Under the pieces are notes generated by a model that did not search any database, had not been told where the DNA came from, and saw only the letters and a list, made by a program, of their open reading frames with translations. A stretch of 64,000 nt of DNA, taken from Marsupella aquatica (lineage: Eukaryota > Plantae > Marchantiophyta). The stretch spans positions 13,047,659-13,111,658 of the forward strand of contig OZ316898.1 in assembly GCA_973895155.1 (NCBI GenBank), written 5' to 3'. The first letter of the stretch is position 1, and each line of letters begins with the position of its first letter. The translations under genes and the position numbers were made by a program. This document shows, one piece after another, positions 13,384 through 25,650 of the stretch.

Positions 13384-14496
13384 ATGGGGAATGGAGGGAA
13401 TTTCGACGTGCCACAGGAGGTGATGGCGGTGTTGCCAGCAGATCCATACGAGCAGTTGGACCTGGCGAGGAGAATAACAGCCATGGCGTTGGCGGAGAGG
13501 TTGTCGAAGCTGGAGGCCGAGACTGGGAAGCTTAGGGCGAAACTGGCAGAGAAGGATTCAGTCATCACCGAGCTCCAGGAGCGCGTCATGGACGCAGAGA
13601 GCAGCCTGCAGGAGACCACGAGCCGTCTCTCCTCCGTCCTGGACGAACATTCCAAGCTCACCAGCGAGAAGAACTTTCTCTCCAACCAAGTCAAGAAATT
13701 GAATCGGGATGTGGCCAAGTTGGAGACATTCAAGCGGACTCTGATGCAGTCTTTGCAGGACGATGGGGACGATCACAAGGCCGGGTCTGCAGCGGCATCT
13801 GCAGGAGGAAGAGACTCATACAGTCATTCACCGTCATTCTCCAGTGTGCTCGCGGCCAGCAATGCTGCGGCGTCCGTGGAATCGAAGAAGTACAACAATG
13901 GCAGCGACTCCTGGCACGGCAGCAGTAGGGCTAGTATCGTGGAGCAAGAGGAGCAGAGCGAGACGACACCTCTCTCGCATGAATCGAACGAAGTGAAGCA
14001 CGTGGAGATCGACACCCCGGCCCCTAAGCTACACCAACAATTAAATCACACCTCTTCGTTACCTTCTCCACAACCTACTGCACAGCAGCAGCCAGCAGCC
14101 CCCCCTGCCCATGTTGAATCTTCGAGATGGCAATCGGCCGGGTCCCCAGAAAGGCCGCCAGTGGCAGAGACCCGTCCGCCCCCAGTCGAGAGCAAGCTGA
14201 CCATACCACTTTCGTTACCGTCGAGTCGCTCCACGACGGCACCCAACTCGCCTCCTAATGTGAATTCCTCGGCAGGACGCACTCCGCGAATTGATGGCAA
14301 GGAATTTTTCAGGCAAGCCAGAAATCGCCTTTCTTATGAGCAGTTCAGCGCCTTCCTGGCCAACATTAAGGAGCTCAACGCCCATCGCCAAACGCGGGAG
14401 GAAACTCTAAGGAAAGCAGACAAAACCTTCGGTCCGGAAAACAAGGACCTGTACATTGCATTTGATGGGCTTCTGAGTCGCCATCTCTCTACGTGA
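13384..14496 (+). CDS. At4g15545/NAIP-family coiled-coil protein, single exon, 370 aa
   Basis: N-terminal LPADPYEQLDLARRITAMA plus coiled coil (LNRDVAKLETFKRTLMQSLQD) and C-terminal RIDGKEFFRQARNRLSYEQFSAFLANIKELNAH...LY motif typical of the family. ATG at 13384. Confidence 0.9.
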   Translation: MGNGGNFDVPQEVMAVLPADPYEQLDLARRITAMALAERLSKLEAETGKLRAKLAEKDSVITELQERVMDAESSLQETTSRLSSVLDEHSKLTSEKNFLSNQVKKLNRDVAKLETFKRTLMQSLQDDGDDHKAGSAAASAGGRDSYSHSPSFSSVLAASNAAASVESKKYNNGSDSWHGSSRASIVEQEEQSETTPLSHESNEVKHVEIDTPAPKLHQQLNHTSSLPSPQPTAQQQPAAPPAHVESSRWQSAGSPERPPVAETRPPPVESKLTIPLSLPSSRSTTAPNSPPNVNSSAGRTPRIDGKEFFRQARNRLSYEQFSAFLANIKELNAHRQTREETLRKADKTFGPENKDLYIAFDGLLSRHLST

Positions 14497-15049
14497 AGAG
14501 CAACGATTGAAGTCGTAAGTATTATGATGATGATACGTTGGTCGGTGGGTTCGTTCGTTGCCGTAGTGTTCTCTTAAGAGGAGGGTACAATGTGTATGTC
14601 TGTGTGCATGGAAGGTCGATAAGCTATATGAAATGTTAAGGTCAGACCTGCCTGACTGGTTTCGTTAACTGTTTTTCTCTAGAAGGCCTTCGTTTCGTGT
14701 TGCTAAGGGAATTGAGATGGTTGGAAGGCACATTGGGTGTATTGAGGTGTTCAGATGGTTGAGTAAAATTCTCTGCCGTTAACGATCGGAGAGTTGTAGG
14801 CATTGTGCGACTGACCTGCCGACCTCCGACAGTTCGCTAGGCAGCAGCTTGCTAGATACACATGCATATCCTTCTGTCGAGTGTGTGCAACCTTCAGCCA
14901 GAAGAGGAGAAAAAACCTAGAAATAAAGTATTTTTTGTCCAGCCGTTACTGTCTGGAACGTGTAACGCTACTGCTAGCTATTATGGCTAGTAGAGGGAAG
15001 GAGGGAGGCAGGAATTCCCGCTGGGAACTTCTTGATTGTGTGCATGAGT

Positions 15050-15290
15050 TGTGTATGGTCTATCCATCTCTGATGCAATCGATGTACATTTTAAGAATTA
15101 ATATACTAGACCTGACTGTCGCTTGAAGTGTGTATGGTCTATCCATCTCTGATGCAATCGATGTACATTTTAAGAATTAATACACTAGACCTGACTGTTG
15201 CGAAAAGTATGTGTATGGTCTATCATCTCTGATGTTGATGTACATTTTAAGAATTAATATACTATACCTGACTGTTGCTTAAAGTATGTG
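15050..15290. repeat. ~80-bp tandem repeat x3
   Basis: TGTGTATGGTCTATCCATCTCTGATGCAATCGATGTACATTTTAAGAATTAATA... starts at ~15050, ~15130 and ~15210. Confidence 0.9.
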
Positions 15291-15659
15291 TCGGTTGATC
15301 GTTAATTCATTTCGAATGCTTGAGATTTCCTACACGCAAGGATAATCTAGTTATATGTATGAAGCACGTACGAATCTCCCTTGAGTTAGCTCCTTCAACC
15401 CATGTACAGCTTATCGTGTAGGTCACAATTCGTTTCAGATGTCTTCATAGCTGATTCAATTTTGCCGGTACTACTAGCTCGCATTTCCCTTGAGTACTGT
15501 CTGTAGACATAAGCTGGTAAAGAGGCTTGTGAGTTGTGTGTGTGGAATGAAAGTTTATCTTGTTTCGGTTCATTTTCTTGGAAGCTATTTAAGTTAATTA
15601 TGCAGTTGCTACTTTGATAGATAAAGCACCAAAATTTCTATGATTGCTGCGTCGGAGGG

Positions 15660-17420
15660 CTTCCCCAAATTCTTTCTGTCCTGCAAAGTAATTTCTTCTC
15701 AGAATGGGTCCCTGCATTGCAAGCTTCTCCGCTTGTGTCGTTCCAAAGTTCTACGCAGCAGCTCTCATTAATGCCCTCCCTTGCCGTGCCCTATCTACTC
15801 CTTTGTCCTAGTGGCCCTTGCACAGAACAGATGAATGTAGTACCTTCTGTCGAGTCTGAAGCTGTGATGCTGGCTGTATAGAAGAGGAGCTACCGAGACA
15901 TACACGTGGCTTTGATGAATCTGTACAACAGATCCCGAAGATCTGTACATTGCAAAACAGATCGAGTTGGTACGAGGCTGTATGGTCTCGGGAAACTCGG
16001 ATTGGATGTCTTAAGGTGCCTGCGTGAGCAAAATCAGGACGTCATGAGTTGTTTTCGGGTCAGATTTTCTTGGATTAAGCGTGGAGACCTTCACCTGTTT
16101 CTCCTATGCATCCAAGATTTTCATGGTGCTGAAGAGAGTTGCTGACTCTGATCTGATGCTATTTAAGATTTGTGGACGAACAGCCATAAATCCTGGTCTC
16201 AGGAAGCCTAAGGAGGAGATAGCCAGAAATATGCCTAGTCGCCTACCTTCCTTTGTGGTCCTTTTACTGCTTTGATTTTACGTTGTAAGCTACTGTCACA
16301 ATTGCTCTCCTCGAGGATTGTAGATGGTACTGGGAGTTCGCTTTACGTGGCAGTCGTATTGGAAAGCAAGTTCGTCTAGACCATTATGACCAGTCAGATC
16401 ATTGCACCTGTTAACAGCCGGATTGGAGCTGATGTCTATGATGTGAGCAGCAGGCGATGGCAGCACATTGAGATTTTTCTGTTTCCACAGGCCTTTCGAC
16501 TTGGCTGGTGTCGCTGATTTTCTCTAAACCAGGCAGAAGTGGACCTCGGGATATCGCAACTCAGTGGCTAGCAGTGCTTCTATACATACAGAAGAACGGA
16601 CATCCCCGATTGCCAGGATTTATTAATGCATCGTCAGGAGGTTTCGATCACCAACACTTTGTTATCCACACCCACCTAGTGGTGTCTCATCAGGATCACA
16701 GGTGCAAAGCAAACCATAGAGTAGCTTGGGCGGTGCCTGACATGGGTACAATCTACTGGCTGGGAAAGATGCTACAAGCTTTTCCCCTCATGGAAACGAT
16801 TTCTTCACGACAAATATGATTGGCCTAGCACTGACTCTTGCAGAGAAATAAGTACTATGTGAAGTCCCGGCGGTGAGTGCTATTCAACCTTCAGGCAACA
16901 AAATTCAAAAGAAAAACAAAATCATCGACCCCTAATAGTCTCTAGACTGAAGAACTGGTGTGGATATTTCCTCTCTGATTCTGTTCCTCTAGCCCGATGA
17001 TAATCCATTCTCAACCTCCTGTTAGCACGAGACTTTCAGGTTAATTTCAGCAATGTAGTGATTTCCAGCATGCTTCGAAACAGTCATTTCTTCAGGCACA
17101 GAGGCTTGGCTACTTGAACCTTTCCTCCGATCCACCCCTAGAATTGACAATCGACTAGTGGTTGTCTATCTCGGCATTGGAGTTGGGGAAATCTGTACAA
17201 TTATTCCACTTACTACAGCCACATGGGCTTAACTCCATGTCTCCTGGTAATTGGCTCCTTGAATAGCAGTTGATGAGATTCTCTTTGAACTGGATTGGAT
17301 GGGTTTAAGCTGCTTGGTGCTGACGTACGGTTTAGGGGAATTAAGTGGCAGAGGACACTGTCAGACACTGTTATTAAGTCTCTACGTGGCCACAATCGCC
17401 GAGCCTATTTTTTGCTCGCT
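15660..17420 (+). pseudogene. Probable decayed F-box/kelch-like gene
   Basis: Scattered fragments in different frames (IGADVYDVSSRRWQH, MGTIYWLG, VLTYGL..IKWQR, terminal EPIF) resemble the propeller motifs of the intact F-box gene at 25651. Many stops and frameshifts; boundaries uncertain. Confidence 0.35.
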
Positions 17421-18796
17421 ATTGAACGGAAACTTTATGAGGTAATCTCGAGGGTATCAGTACCATGTCAGCAAAATCATGGTATTTTCTAATACGAGAA
17501 AACCCCTAAACATACACCACTTGGCTAGCAAATTTAGTCCCATGCTAGCCAAAACTTCCTTTTGCAAGATATTAACTTTTGTGTCATATTGTTCCAAAGC
17601 CCAACCTTGGTCTCATATTCTGGCTAGTAAGCTTGCTGAGCCCTGCACCTAGATTTTCATAGAGTAGAAACAGAGGTAATATACAGACACCGTCAGAGGC
17701 TAGCGACCTGGCTGATGAACAAATGCCCAAGAGACTCCATAAACTCATACTGAATTGGTGGACTATTGTGACTTGCTAGCAATTGGATTTGCCTCACTAG
17801 CAATACCCTTCCTTGCTGGTAAAACTGCATGTGCCTGCATCCGCCAACCCCCAATAAAAGAGACCAATGGTAAGGGGGCTTCCCACTTCCCATGGGAGCT
17901 GAGTCAGTTTTCAGGAACAAGACCAACAGGCTTGCCATCCATCACCAATCACTACTTGTGTGTAGTAAAGCTCTGAAAACATGGCCTTGTGGGTCACAAT
18001 GCCCAACAGAAGAGGGCTTTCAGCTCAAGTTTGAGGGGCTATTATTGCCCTGGTAGCAAAGGAGTTGATACACTTTAATCAAAGGGTTTCACTCCGGATA
18101 TTTTTCTTAATTTTCATTATGTTTCTCATTTCTCCACACTAAAAGACAAATCCAAATTGCATGCAAGTTCAGATTTTACTTTCTTCACTCAGAGAGACAA
18201 GTAGAGGACAAATCTCAAAATGCCCTTTCCCTCCCTTTTTGCTCCTTTTTTTTGCTTCTGTTTCTCTTTCTTCACATTTGAAGACAAATACACATTTCAT
18301 GGAGGTCACTTTCTTGACAAAGACACAAGTAGAGCACAAAGCTCAGAACACCCTGCACTCCGTGCTTGAAAAATCTCGCATGGATTTAATTAAGTACTGT
18401 CCACTTCCCTAGGCAGGACTTTGGAGGCACTGTTTGAGACCCGGTCCATCCAGATTCTCGCTTTTCATCTTGGAGCGGAGGATCATTCCTTTACTACCGA
18501 GTCGGGGACTAAAACCAGTGGGTTCGTCAGCAGTCAAACACCCTCCACTAGTTCAGTGGAGCAGAGGTTCTGTGTTCGTTAGGATTCTGGCTGGATCATT
18601 CGAAAGCGAACCCACTATAGAAGTCACAGAATTCTTCGACATTACATCTAATTTCATCTCCCTGGAGTATAACTATCACAAGAAACCCTCCCAATTCCGA
18701 TTACACAGTTTCTCTTGACTCTCCGCTTCTCTTGACCTCACTTTAAGCTCGGAGACGGCCAGAGAGGAAGAGGAGGGAGGAAAAGAGGAGTTACCC

Positions 18797-19447
18797 ATGG
18801 CGATTGAAGGACGAGGAGGTTTAGTTAAGAAGGCAGCATACGTGCGTCTGGCCACCAAGGGGGATGTTCCAGTGATCAAGCTGCTCATCGAGGGACTCGC
18901 TGATTTTGAGAAGCTCTCGGACCAGTGCCATGCTACGGAGGCAAATCTGGAGTCCAGCCTCTTCCGGCAGCCTGCATTTCTGGGCCCTACTGTGCTCATT
19001 CTAGAAATTGGATCGTCGGGCTCTCCTCAGCAGATTTCGTCTACGCCCACAGAAGACATTTTCCAAGAGAAATGCCTGGAGGTGACCTTTTCAACTGACA
19101 TCCAAGACCACTGCGCTGCGTCTTTCATTTCTTCGAAGGATGAGTCGCGCACTGTGGTTGGGTTTGTCCTTTTCTTTCCCAATTACTCCACATTTCTGGC
19201 CAAGAGTGGTATCTACATCGAGGACCTGTATGTGCGGGAGGAGTACCGGCGGCAAGGGCTGGGCAAAGTCCTGCTGCAGACAGTGGCACAGCAAGCTGCC
19301 CTGAAGGGATATGGAAGGGTGGAGTGGAGTGTGCTTGATTGGAATGTGAATGCAATCAAGTTCTATGAGGCAATGGGCGCCATCGTTCAGCAGGAGTGGA
19401 GGATTTGTCGTTTGACCGGAAATGCTCTCCAGGCTTATGCTGGGTAG
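18797..19447 (+). CDS. GNAT N-acetyltransferase (NATA1/SSAT/THT-like), single exon
   Basis: VGFVLFFPNYSTFLAKSGIYIEDLYVREEYRRQGLGK (acetyl-CoA motif R/QxxGxG) and VEWSVLDWNVNAIKFYEAMGA. Confidence 0.93.
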   Translation: MAIEGRGGLVKKAAYVRLATKGDVPVIKLLIEGLADFEKLSDQCHATEANLESSLFRQPAFLGPTVLILEIGSSGSPQQISSTPTEDIFQEKCLEVTFSTDIQDHCAASFISSKDESRTVVGFVLFFPNYSTFLAKSGIYIEDLYVREEYRRQGLGKVLLQTVAQQAALKGYGRVEWSVLDWNVNAIKFYEAMGAIVQQEWRICRLTGNALQAYAG

Positions 19448-20649
19448 TACTGTGTGTTGGGAAGAGGGTTTAGTCGGCTAAGTAGGATATCCTGATAGCC
19501 GATTGTGGAAAGGTCAGTGAGATTGCTGAAGCAATTTTGACGGTGTATTCCAGACAGTAGACGAAGCAAAGCGCTTTTCGGAAACTTTAAATGAACCTAG
19601 TTTGTTTACTGGTAACTTTGCAGAGTAGTCACAACTGAGACGAGGAGATGGTTTGTTTTGTTTGGCACTGAAATTCCTGCAGACTTGCACTTTGAGTCAC
19701 CATGTTTTATTGTTGAGTGCAATTTCGCCTTTTAAAGTACATTATATTTCAATTCTTAATGGGTTCCAGCAGACATGTTAGGCGACTAACAACATACGTG
19801 AGTTTCACAGTAATGAAACTGGAGTAGCTGTTCCAAACCGATTTCATCTCTTCTCATAATCGGGTGTCCCAAATAATTGAGCTGGAAATCCTGATACAGT
19901 GGTAAGCGAAAGTGCTACGAGGGAATCCAGATTTTTTTGTGCTAGATTGGGATGGCAGACGCACAAAGCAGTGGGACCATGCATGTGACAGTGCACATTT
20001 TAGAACTCCCAGTTGAGTCCCTCTCAACTAACCTGCCTTGCTGCGTTTTTCCTTCGGGCCTATCCTTTTCATATTTTCTTTTAAGGCTGTTATCATTGAG
20101 AAAATTGATCTGGGATACCCTTCAAACCATTTCGTATTATAGCTTGGTCTTTCATGGCAGCACAGGCACTTTGTCATTGAAGGCTTAATACATCTCGTAC
20201 TCGGAACGACTGAACAGGGAAGGTTCCGAACATGGCGCTGTCCTGACTTCTATTCTGAGCTTCTGCTGTTTGATTAATATTTCAATGGCCTCATCTGGCA
20301 CCTTGGATTTGATCCTCAACTTGTGACTTCGGAAGTTTTTGTGCAAACCTTATAGGAAGGATGTCGATTTGCTTCCCACTTAGTCTGGTGACCGTGTTTC
20401 TATCCTGCTCCAAATCTGCAAATGTCTCGAATCCTGGTCAGGAACATTTAGTATTGTATCGGCCATTGCGTTCCTGTAGTTCTCGACAATGACCAATCTA
20501 TATCTTTGCGTTTCTCCAGCCAAGACTTCCACGACTAATTTTTAAATCTAGGGGAGCATCAAGTTACAATGAAACGGTTCGTGTTCACGTCTGTGCTGGA
20601 AATCTTCTCTGGGATCTGTCAACAACGGACATATAATGAAAGAAAAAGA

Positions 20650-22084
20650 AGATGAATACGGCTCAAATGCACAATGAAGGCGTTGTTCAATTGCTTGTTG
20701 ATTCCTTGACCAATTTTGGTCCCATTGCGCACTCGGGGGTATTCGTAGACATTAACTGCACCCATTCAGTATCATCAGTTGAATTCAATTCAGTACTTCC
20801 ATGGCCCAACAAACTTCGCGAGATTTCAATACTCACACATGCATGCCAGATCTTGTGCACTGCAAATACAGATACAGGAAAGTAAGCAGATGTCTGATCA
20901 AAATCTCCAATCCTCACAGCAAGGTATTTCGGATGGGACTGGGGCCCAATTGATATGCTTTTCCTTTTTTTTACAATGCCAATGGGACAAATGCCAGCAT
21001 CAGGAGATGGACCTCACAAATTTGGTCGATCAAACTCTCCAATCTTCACAAGCAAGGTATTTAAGGATGGGACTGTAGCCAAAATGATTTGCTTTTTCCA
21101 GAGTGCCACTGGGATGACTCCAAACTTTTCTAGAAGAAATAACAAATTCAATACCCATTCTTTGAATGTTAATGAAGTGATGACAAAAACCCATCATGCT
21201 TGTAGTCATTTTAGCATACATAATATATCATCCTTCTTTCCATGCACATACATTTTGGTGGGGTCCTAGAGTCAGAGTCTATAGGCTTCACTTTAGAAGT
21301 CTAGACCCCAACCCTAACTTCTTTTTGGGCTTTATGAGTAAGATAAAAAATAAAATTGTTGTGTAACCCTGCTTGAGCATAGCCTCTACATTCCTCAATA
21401 TTGCCTGCCAAATAAGGTCATGAAATCTTCCATGCGCATGGTGGTCAAGTCTAGTCTCTAAGTTCCTCAAATTATTGTGGCATCTAGAGTTGAGAACTCC
21501 ATGGAAAGATGGTCTCCAAAGGAAAAAGAGAAATATGTCTGATGTAGCCCAAAAGTCCCCAAATGGCTTGGTTTCTATAACTTATTTAATTCAATTCCAC
21601 AGCACCTCCACCTTAATGACCAGTGAGTGATGCAGGAGTCTTCAAATACTGTGGCCAAAACAGTAACTCTCACAATGGCCAGGACTTAGTTTTTCCATAT
21701 TACTTCCTCCATTATAGTGGCAATTAAAGTCTAGCTCTGTTCTTGGCCATGAGATGTTCTGGCAAATAATTGAGGTATGTGTTAAAGAACAGGGTGAAAT
21801 GAAAGGTGATCACTGCTAGTAAGCCCCCAAAATGAGTAGCTTTAAATTCTCACTCCAATAGAGATAATTAACTCATCAACTCTGGTTGAGGTCATGTGGT
21901 AGTGCTGTGAACTGGAAGTTGTCTCATTTTGCTCCAGCAAAACTGCAGGAGATTTACACCAAAACACATTCCAAAGCCTTTGTAGTAGCTAGTTAGCCGG
22001 GATTCAAATCATGCTAAATAGTTCAACGGAGAGAGGCTCAACTCACCCCCAATTGACCACATTACCAATTAGTTCGTGGACCCC
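20650..22084. mobile_element. Decayed DNA-transposon-like remnant ending in a putative TIR (AATTAGTTCGTGGACCCC)
   Basis: Terminal 18-mer is the reverse complement of 9065-9082. Internal ~130-bp duplication at ~20920/21052 and fragmented minus-strand coding-like sequence. Left boundary uncertain. Confidence 0.3.
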
Positions 22085-22551
22085 ATGGCTACATTATTTA
22101 GGCCTTGTTTGAGTAAAAACAATAATGTATGTAATATTAGCTTTAGCTCAAGTTGTGAGAGGCTATTGTGCTCCCCAAGCGTTCTAGTAGCTGAGTCCTG
22201 TTTGTAGAAGATTTGTCACCCAATTTGTCAATGTACTTTCAAATAATTGGAAATTCTGACTTTGGCAAGTTTTGAATTAGAGGTTAATAGCCTCATGACC
22301 TTGACGCAACTATTCATCAAATGGAGAACAGAGCTTAAGCTTTTAGAAGAGAGAAGTTAAGTCTGAGTAGGAAGGGAAACTGGTAGTCATGTTGTGTTGG
22401 ACATTCAAGTATGATAGATTTTACAGTTTGCATTGTTTAGATTACATTTCTCACAAAATCATTGTGGACCCATTCAATGATGGCCTAAGCAGTTTGACAT
22501 AATTCCTTTAACTGCCACAGGAATACTTTGCTTTGCAAGCAGAAGGCACAC

Positions 22552-23010
22552 TATCACAAGCAATTGTCAAAATCATGCCATTTTGCTATATGTAACTAAC
22601 CAAATTCTCAAGCTAAGAGAGTCAAAATTCAATATGCGGCAAGTGCAATTGAAACCAGACCGATCACATGGTTATCACAAGTAGTTGTCAAAATTAGGCC
22701 TTTTTGCTACATGCAACCAAATTCTCAAGCTACGAGAGTCAAATTCAATCTATGGCAAACTGTGCAGTTGAAACTAGGCCGATCGCATGGTTATCACAAG
22801 CAGTTGTCAAAATTAGGCCTTTTTGCTACATGTAACCAAATTCTCAAGCTAATATAGTCAAAATTCAATCTATGGATGCAGTTGAAACCAGGCCAATGAC
22901 ATGGTTATCAAACAGTTTTCAAAATTAGGCCTTTTTGCTACATGCAACCAAATTCTCAATCTAAGAGAGTCAAAATTTAATCTGTGGCAAATGTATTTGA
23001 AATCAGATCA
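22552..23010. repeat. ~115-120-bp tandem repeat x4
   Basis: TATCACAAG..GTTGTCAAAATTAGGCCTTTTTGCTACATG..ACCAAATTCTCAAGCTA..GAGTCAAAATTCAAT units at ~22552, 22673, 22792 and 22905. Confidence 0.9.
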
Positions 23011-23350
23011 ATATCTGATCAAATGAATTGTATCAGTTCGTTGAGTTCAAGTTAGGACCCTGGCTAGCAGTTTACTTTAATTGCAAAAGGCCAACTGAGA
23101 AATCTTACTCTAGGTGCCAGTTACCCTTTAACAAGTAATTTATCAAGTTAATTATTAGTCATTATTTATTATATAAAATTTACATTTTAAATCTTTGAAT
23201 TTAATTTTTTAAATTGGATACATAACTAAAATGGTTAAATAGTGACAGTTTTAATCGTCTTGCTCTTTGTATTTATAATTTTTTACTTTTCATTTTATGG
23301 CATGGTGTCCCAAAATTTACACCCAAATTGACAAAACATTAATGAAAATT

Positions 23351-23439
23351 GTAAGTTTGATTCACAAAACTGATGAGTCTTGTTTGTTGCGGGATTGTAA
23401 GTTTGATTCACAAAACTGATGAGTCTTGTTTGTTGCGGG
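23351..23439. repeat. 46-bp-period tandem duplication
   Basis: GTAAGTTTGATTCACAAAACTGATGAGTCTTGTTTGTTGCGGG occurs twice. Confidence 0.9.
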
Positions 23440-25650
23440 TGTTGTTGACATGGCACATTGTGGTGCCAGGAATTTTGGAAGGGACCTCTCATGGAGGTAC
23501 GTAATAACTCTAATGTGAACCTCAATGTTTCCCAAAAAACATTCAATTAAACAAATAATAAGATTTCATATAGCACGAGCCCTATGCCAGTGTGTTGCAC
23601 TATGCAAGGAGAGCCGGGGCATTTATGGGGCAGCAGGAATATTCTTGCTGCCCCAGCCTTATGCGCTAGGGGTGCACATTTCTTCCATCCATGGTCGGGT
23701 CATTGTAACATGAGTGAAAATTTCTCTCACATGACCTCTAATTTTTCTATATGCAATTGCCTCGCTAACAGGAACCTTGTTTGATAACATCCATTTTGGG
23801 GACTCCTCTTTTTGCTAGCTATCTCGATAGCCATTTGGAGTCATAAAAAATACACAAAAATTAGAAAACTAAGCAGCAAAAGGCAAAAGAAATACTAGCA
23901 AGTGTCTCGCTAACAATACTCCCCTAGCTAACAAAATTCCTGTTTGCTCACATTATAGAATACCTCTCCATGGTCAGGGAAAGATGGTTTATTTGATGCC
24001 AACTTTGAAAATTGCTCGTTAGGGACCTCCAAAATGAAAAACTTTACTTGATGGGACCTTGGAGGTTTTGGGTACATTAATTTAAGGTCTATCAAGGGTC
24101 TAGATCACTTTGGGGTCACATGGACTAACACTTTTAAATTTGGGGGTTCATCAAGCATATACCTCTATCAAAAAAAAAAAAGGGCATTTGTTTGGAGAGT
24201 TCTGACATATTACTAATAAAGCACAATGCAAAACTAGTTTTTCTTCTTTGCAAGTTATGAAATATCATTTGAAAAGATGAATAATGAAAACAATTTTTGA
24301 ATTTAACCAAAAAAACAATGTGAAAATTTCTATGAATTTAGAGATACAGTGTGAATTACTCAGCGAATGATATGGCGAACCAATGTTTTGTATGCTGGAG
24401 GATTGAGTCTACTTCCATTCTTACTGGAGCTTGTACAGGTAACACATATAAATATATTGATGAGTATACGCACATACTGGTACTGGTAAACACGGATTGA
24501 ATTTAATGAGTGTACCCACATGGCTGCAATCTAGAGCTTGTACTTCTAAACACGGACTGATTACACGACACTGATGGGACCCATGCATTTACTTTTTGGC
24601 TCTTCCTTCGCACCTTTATTGGGACCATCTGGCTCCGGATAACATATGGTCCGTTTTGTAGCTATGTACAATAGATTTACTGAACGTACTGAGAGAGACA
24701 CCCCAGATGTCTAATCGCCGGAAGAGAGATTAATCGCCCTCCTGTACCCAGGAGACTCCTGCGCAAGCAAAGACAGCACAGCAGGAGAAATGGCCAGAGA
24801 TCAAGCCAGACTCTAACAGCTATGACCTTGACTGGAGTATTGACTGTCTGGAGAAAGTAGCTATCAGTCTCATTAGTTGTCTGGTTTCTGTTTATCCTTT
24901 TTCCATCACTCGCTCAGAGTGAGCTGCGAGACCCTTCTATCCCGCAAAGCTTGGTGACAGCTTCAGGATCCCCGCTCAACGATCCCCACTCAACGCTGTT
25001 TTCTGCACAATCACTCAACCGCAAGTACGAATTGGCAGGTGTCACTTGCCGTCTGCGAGATTGACAGTTACAATTCGATGATGGGTAATCCTGTATTCTG
25101 CTAGCTATATCGACCCCATATTGACAATTAAGTGTAATTGGATGAGGTGCGATCGTACTTGATTAGTATAGCTAGCTGTTGTATCTCGATACTCAGACGT
25201 AGCGGATAGTGTGCTCGATCAACTTCCGTTTTAGTCGGCAGTGATCTTGACTGCTCCAAGTGAGCGATCTAGCTTTTGGTCGCTTCTGGTCTTGGGGGAA
25301 CGCCGGCGCTCTTTGGTGCTGAGAGGACAGCTACTCTCTTTTCTCAATTGATTACTATATATTTCCTTCAGTGAAGTAAAGCGTTTGCTGTTCGTCATTT
25401 TTTAGAGTGACAGTAGGGTCCAGGGTTCGTGAGAGCTTCCGCTTGCCTTGCTTGCGTCTCGATGAAGAGCCGAGCATTTTAAGAGAAGGAATTGGGGATT
25501 CGAGCAGCAGCCGGTCAGCGTCGATACTGACTGTGATCATCTCGCGGCCTGAGAAGGCTGATTCATCAGAAAGCGCATAGCTAAGAGAAGAGAATTGAGG
25601 GATCGGAGAGAAGGGACAAGCTAGGAACATCAGTCTATAAGCCACGAAGA

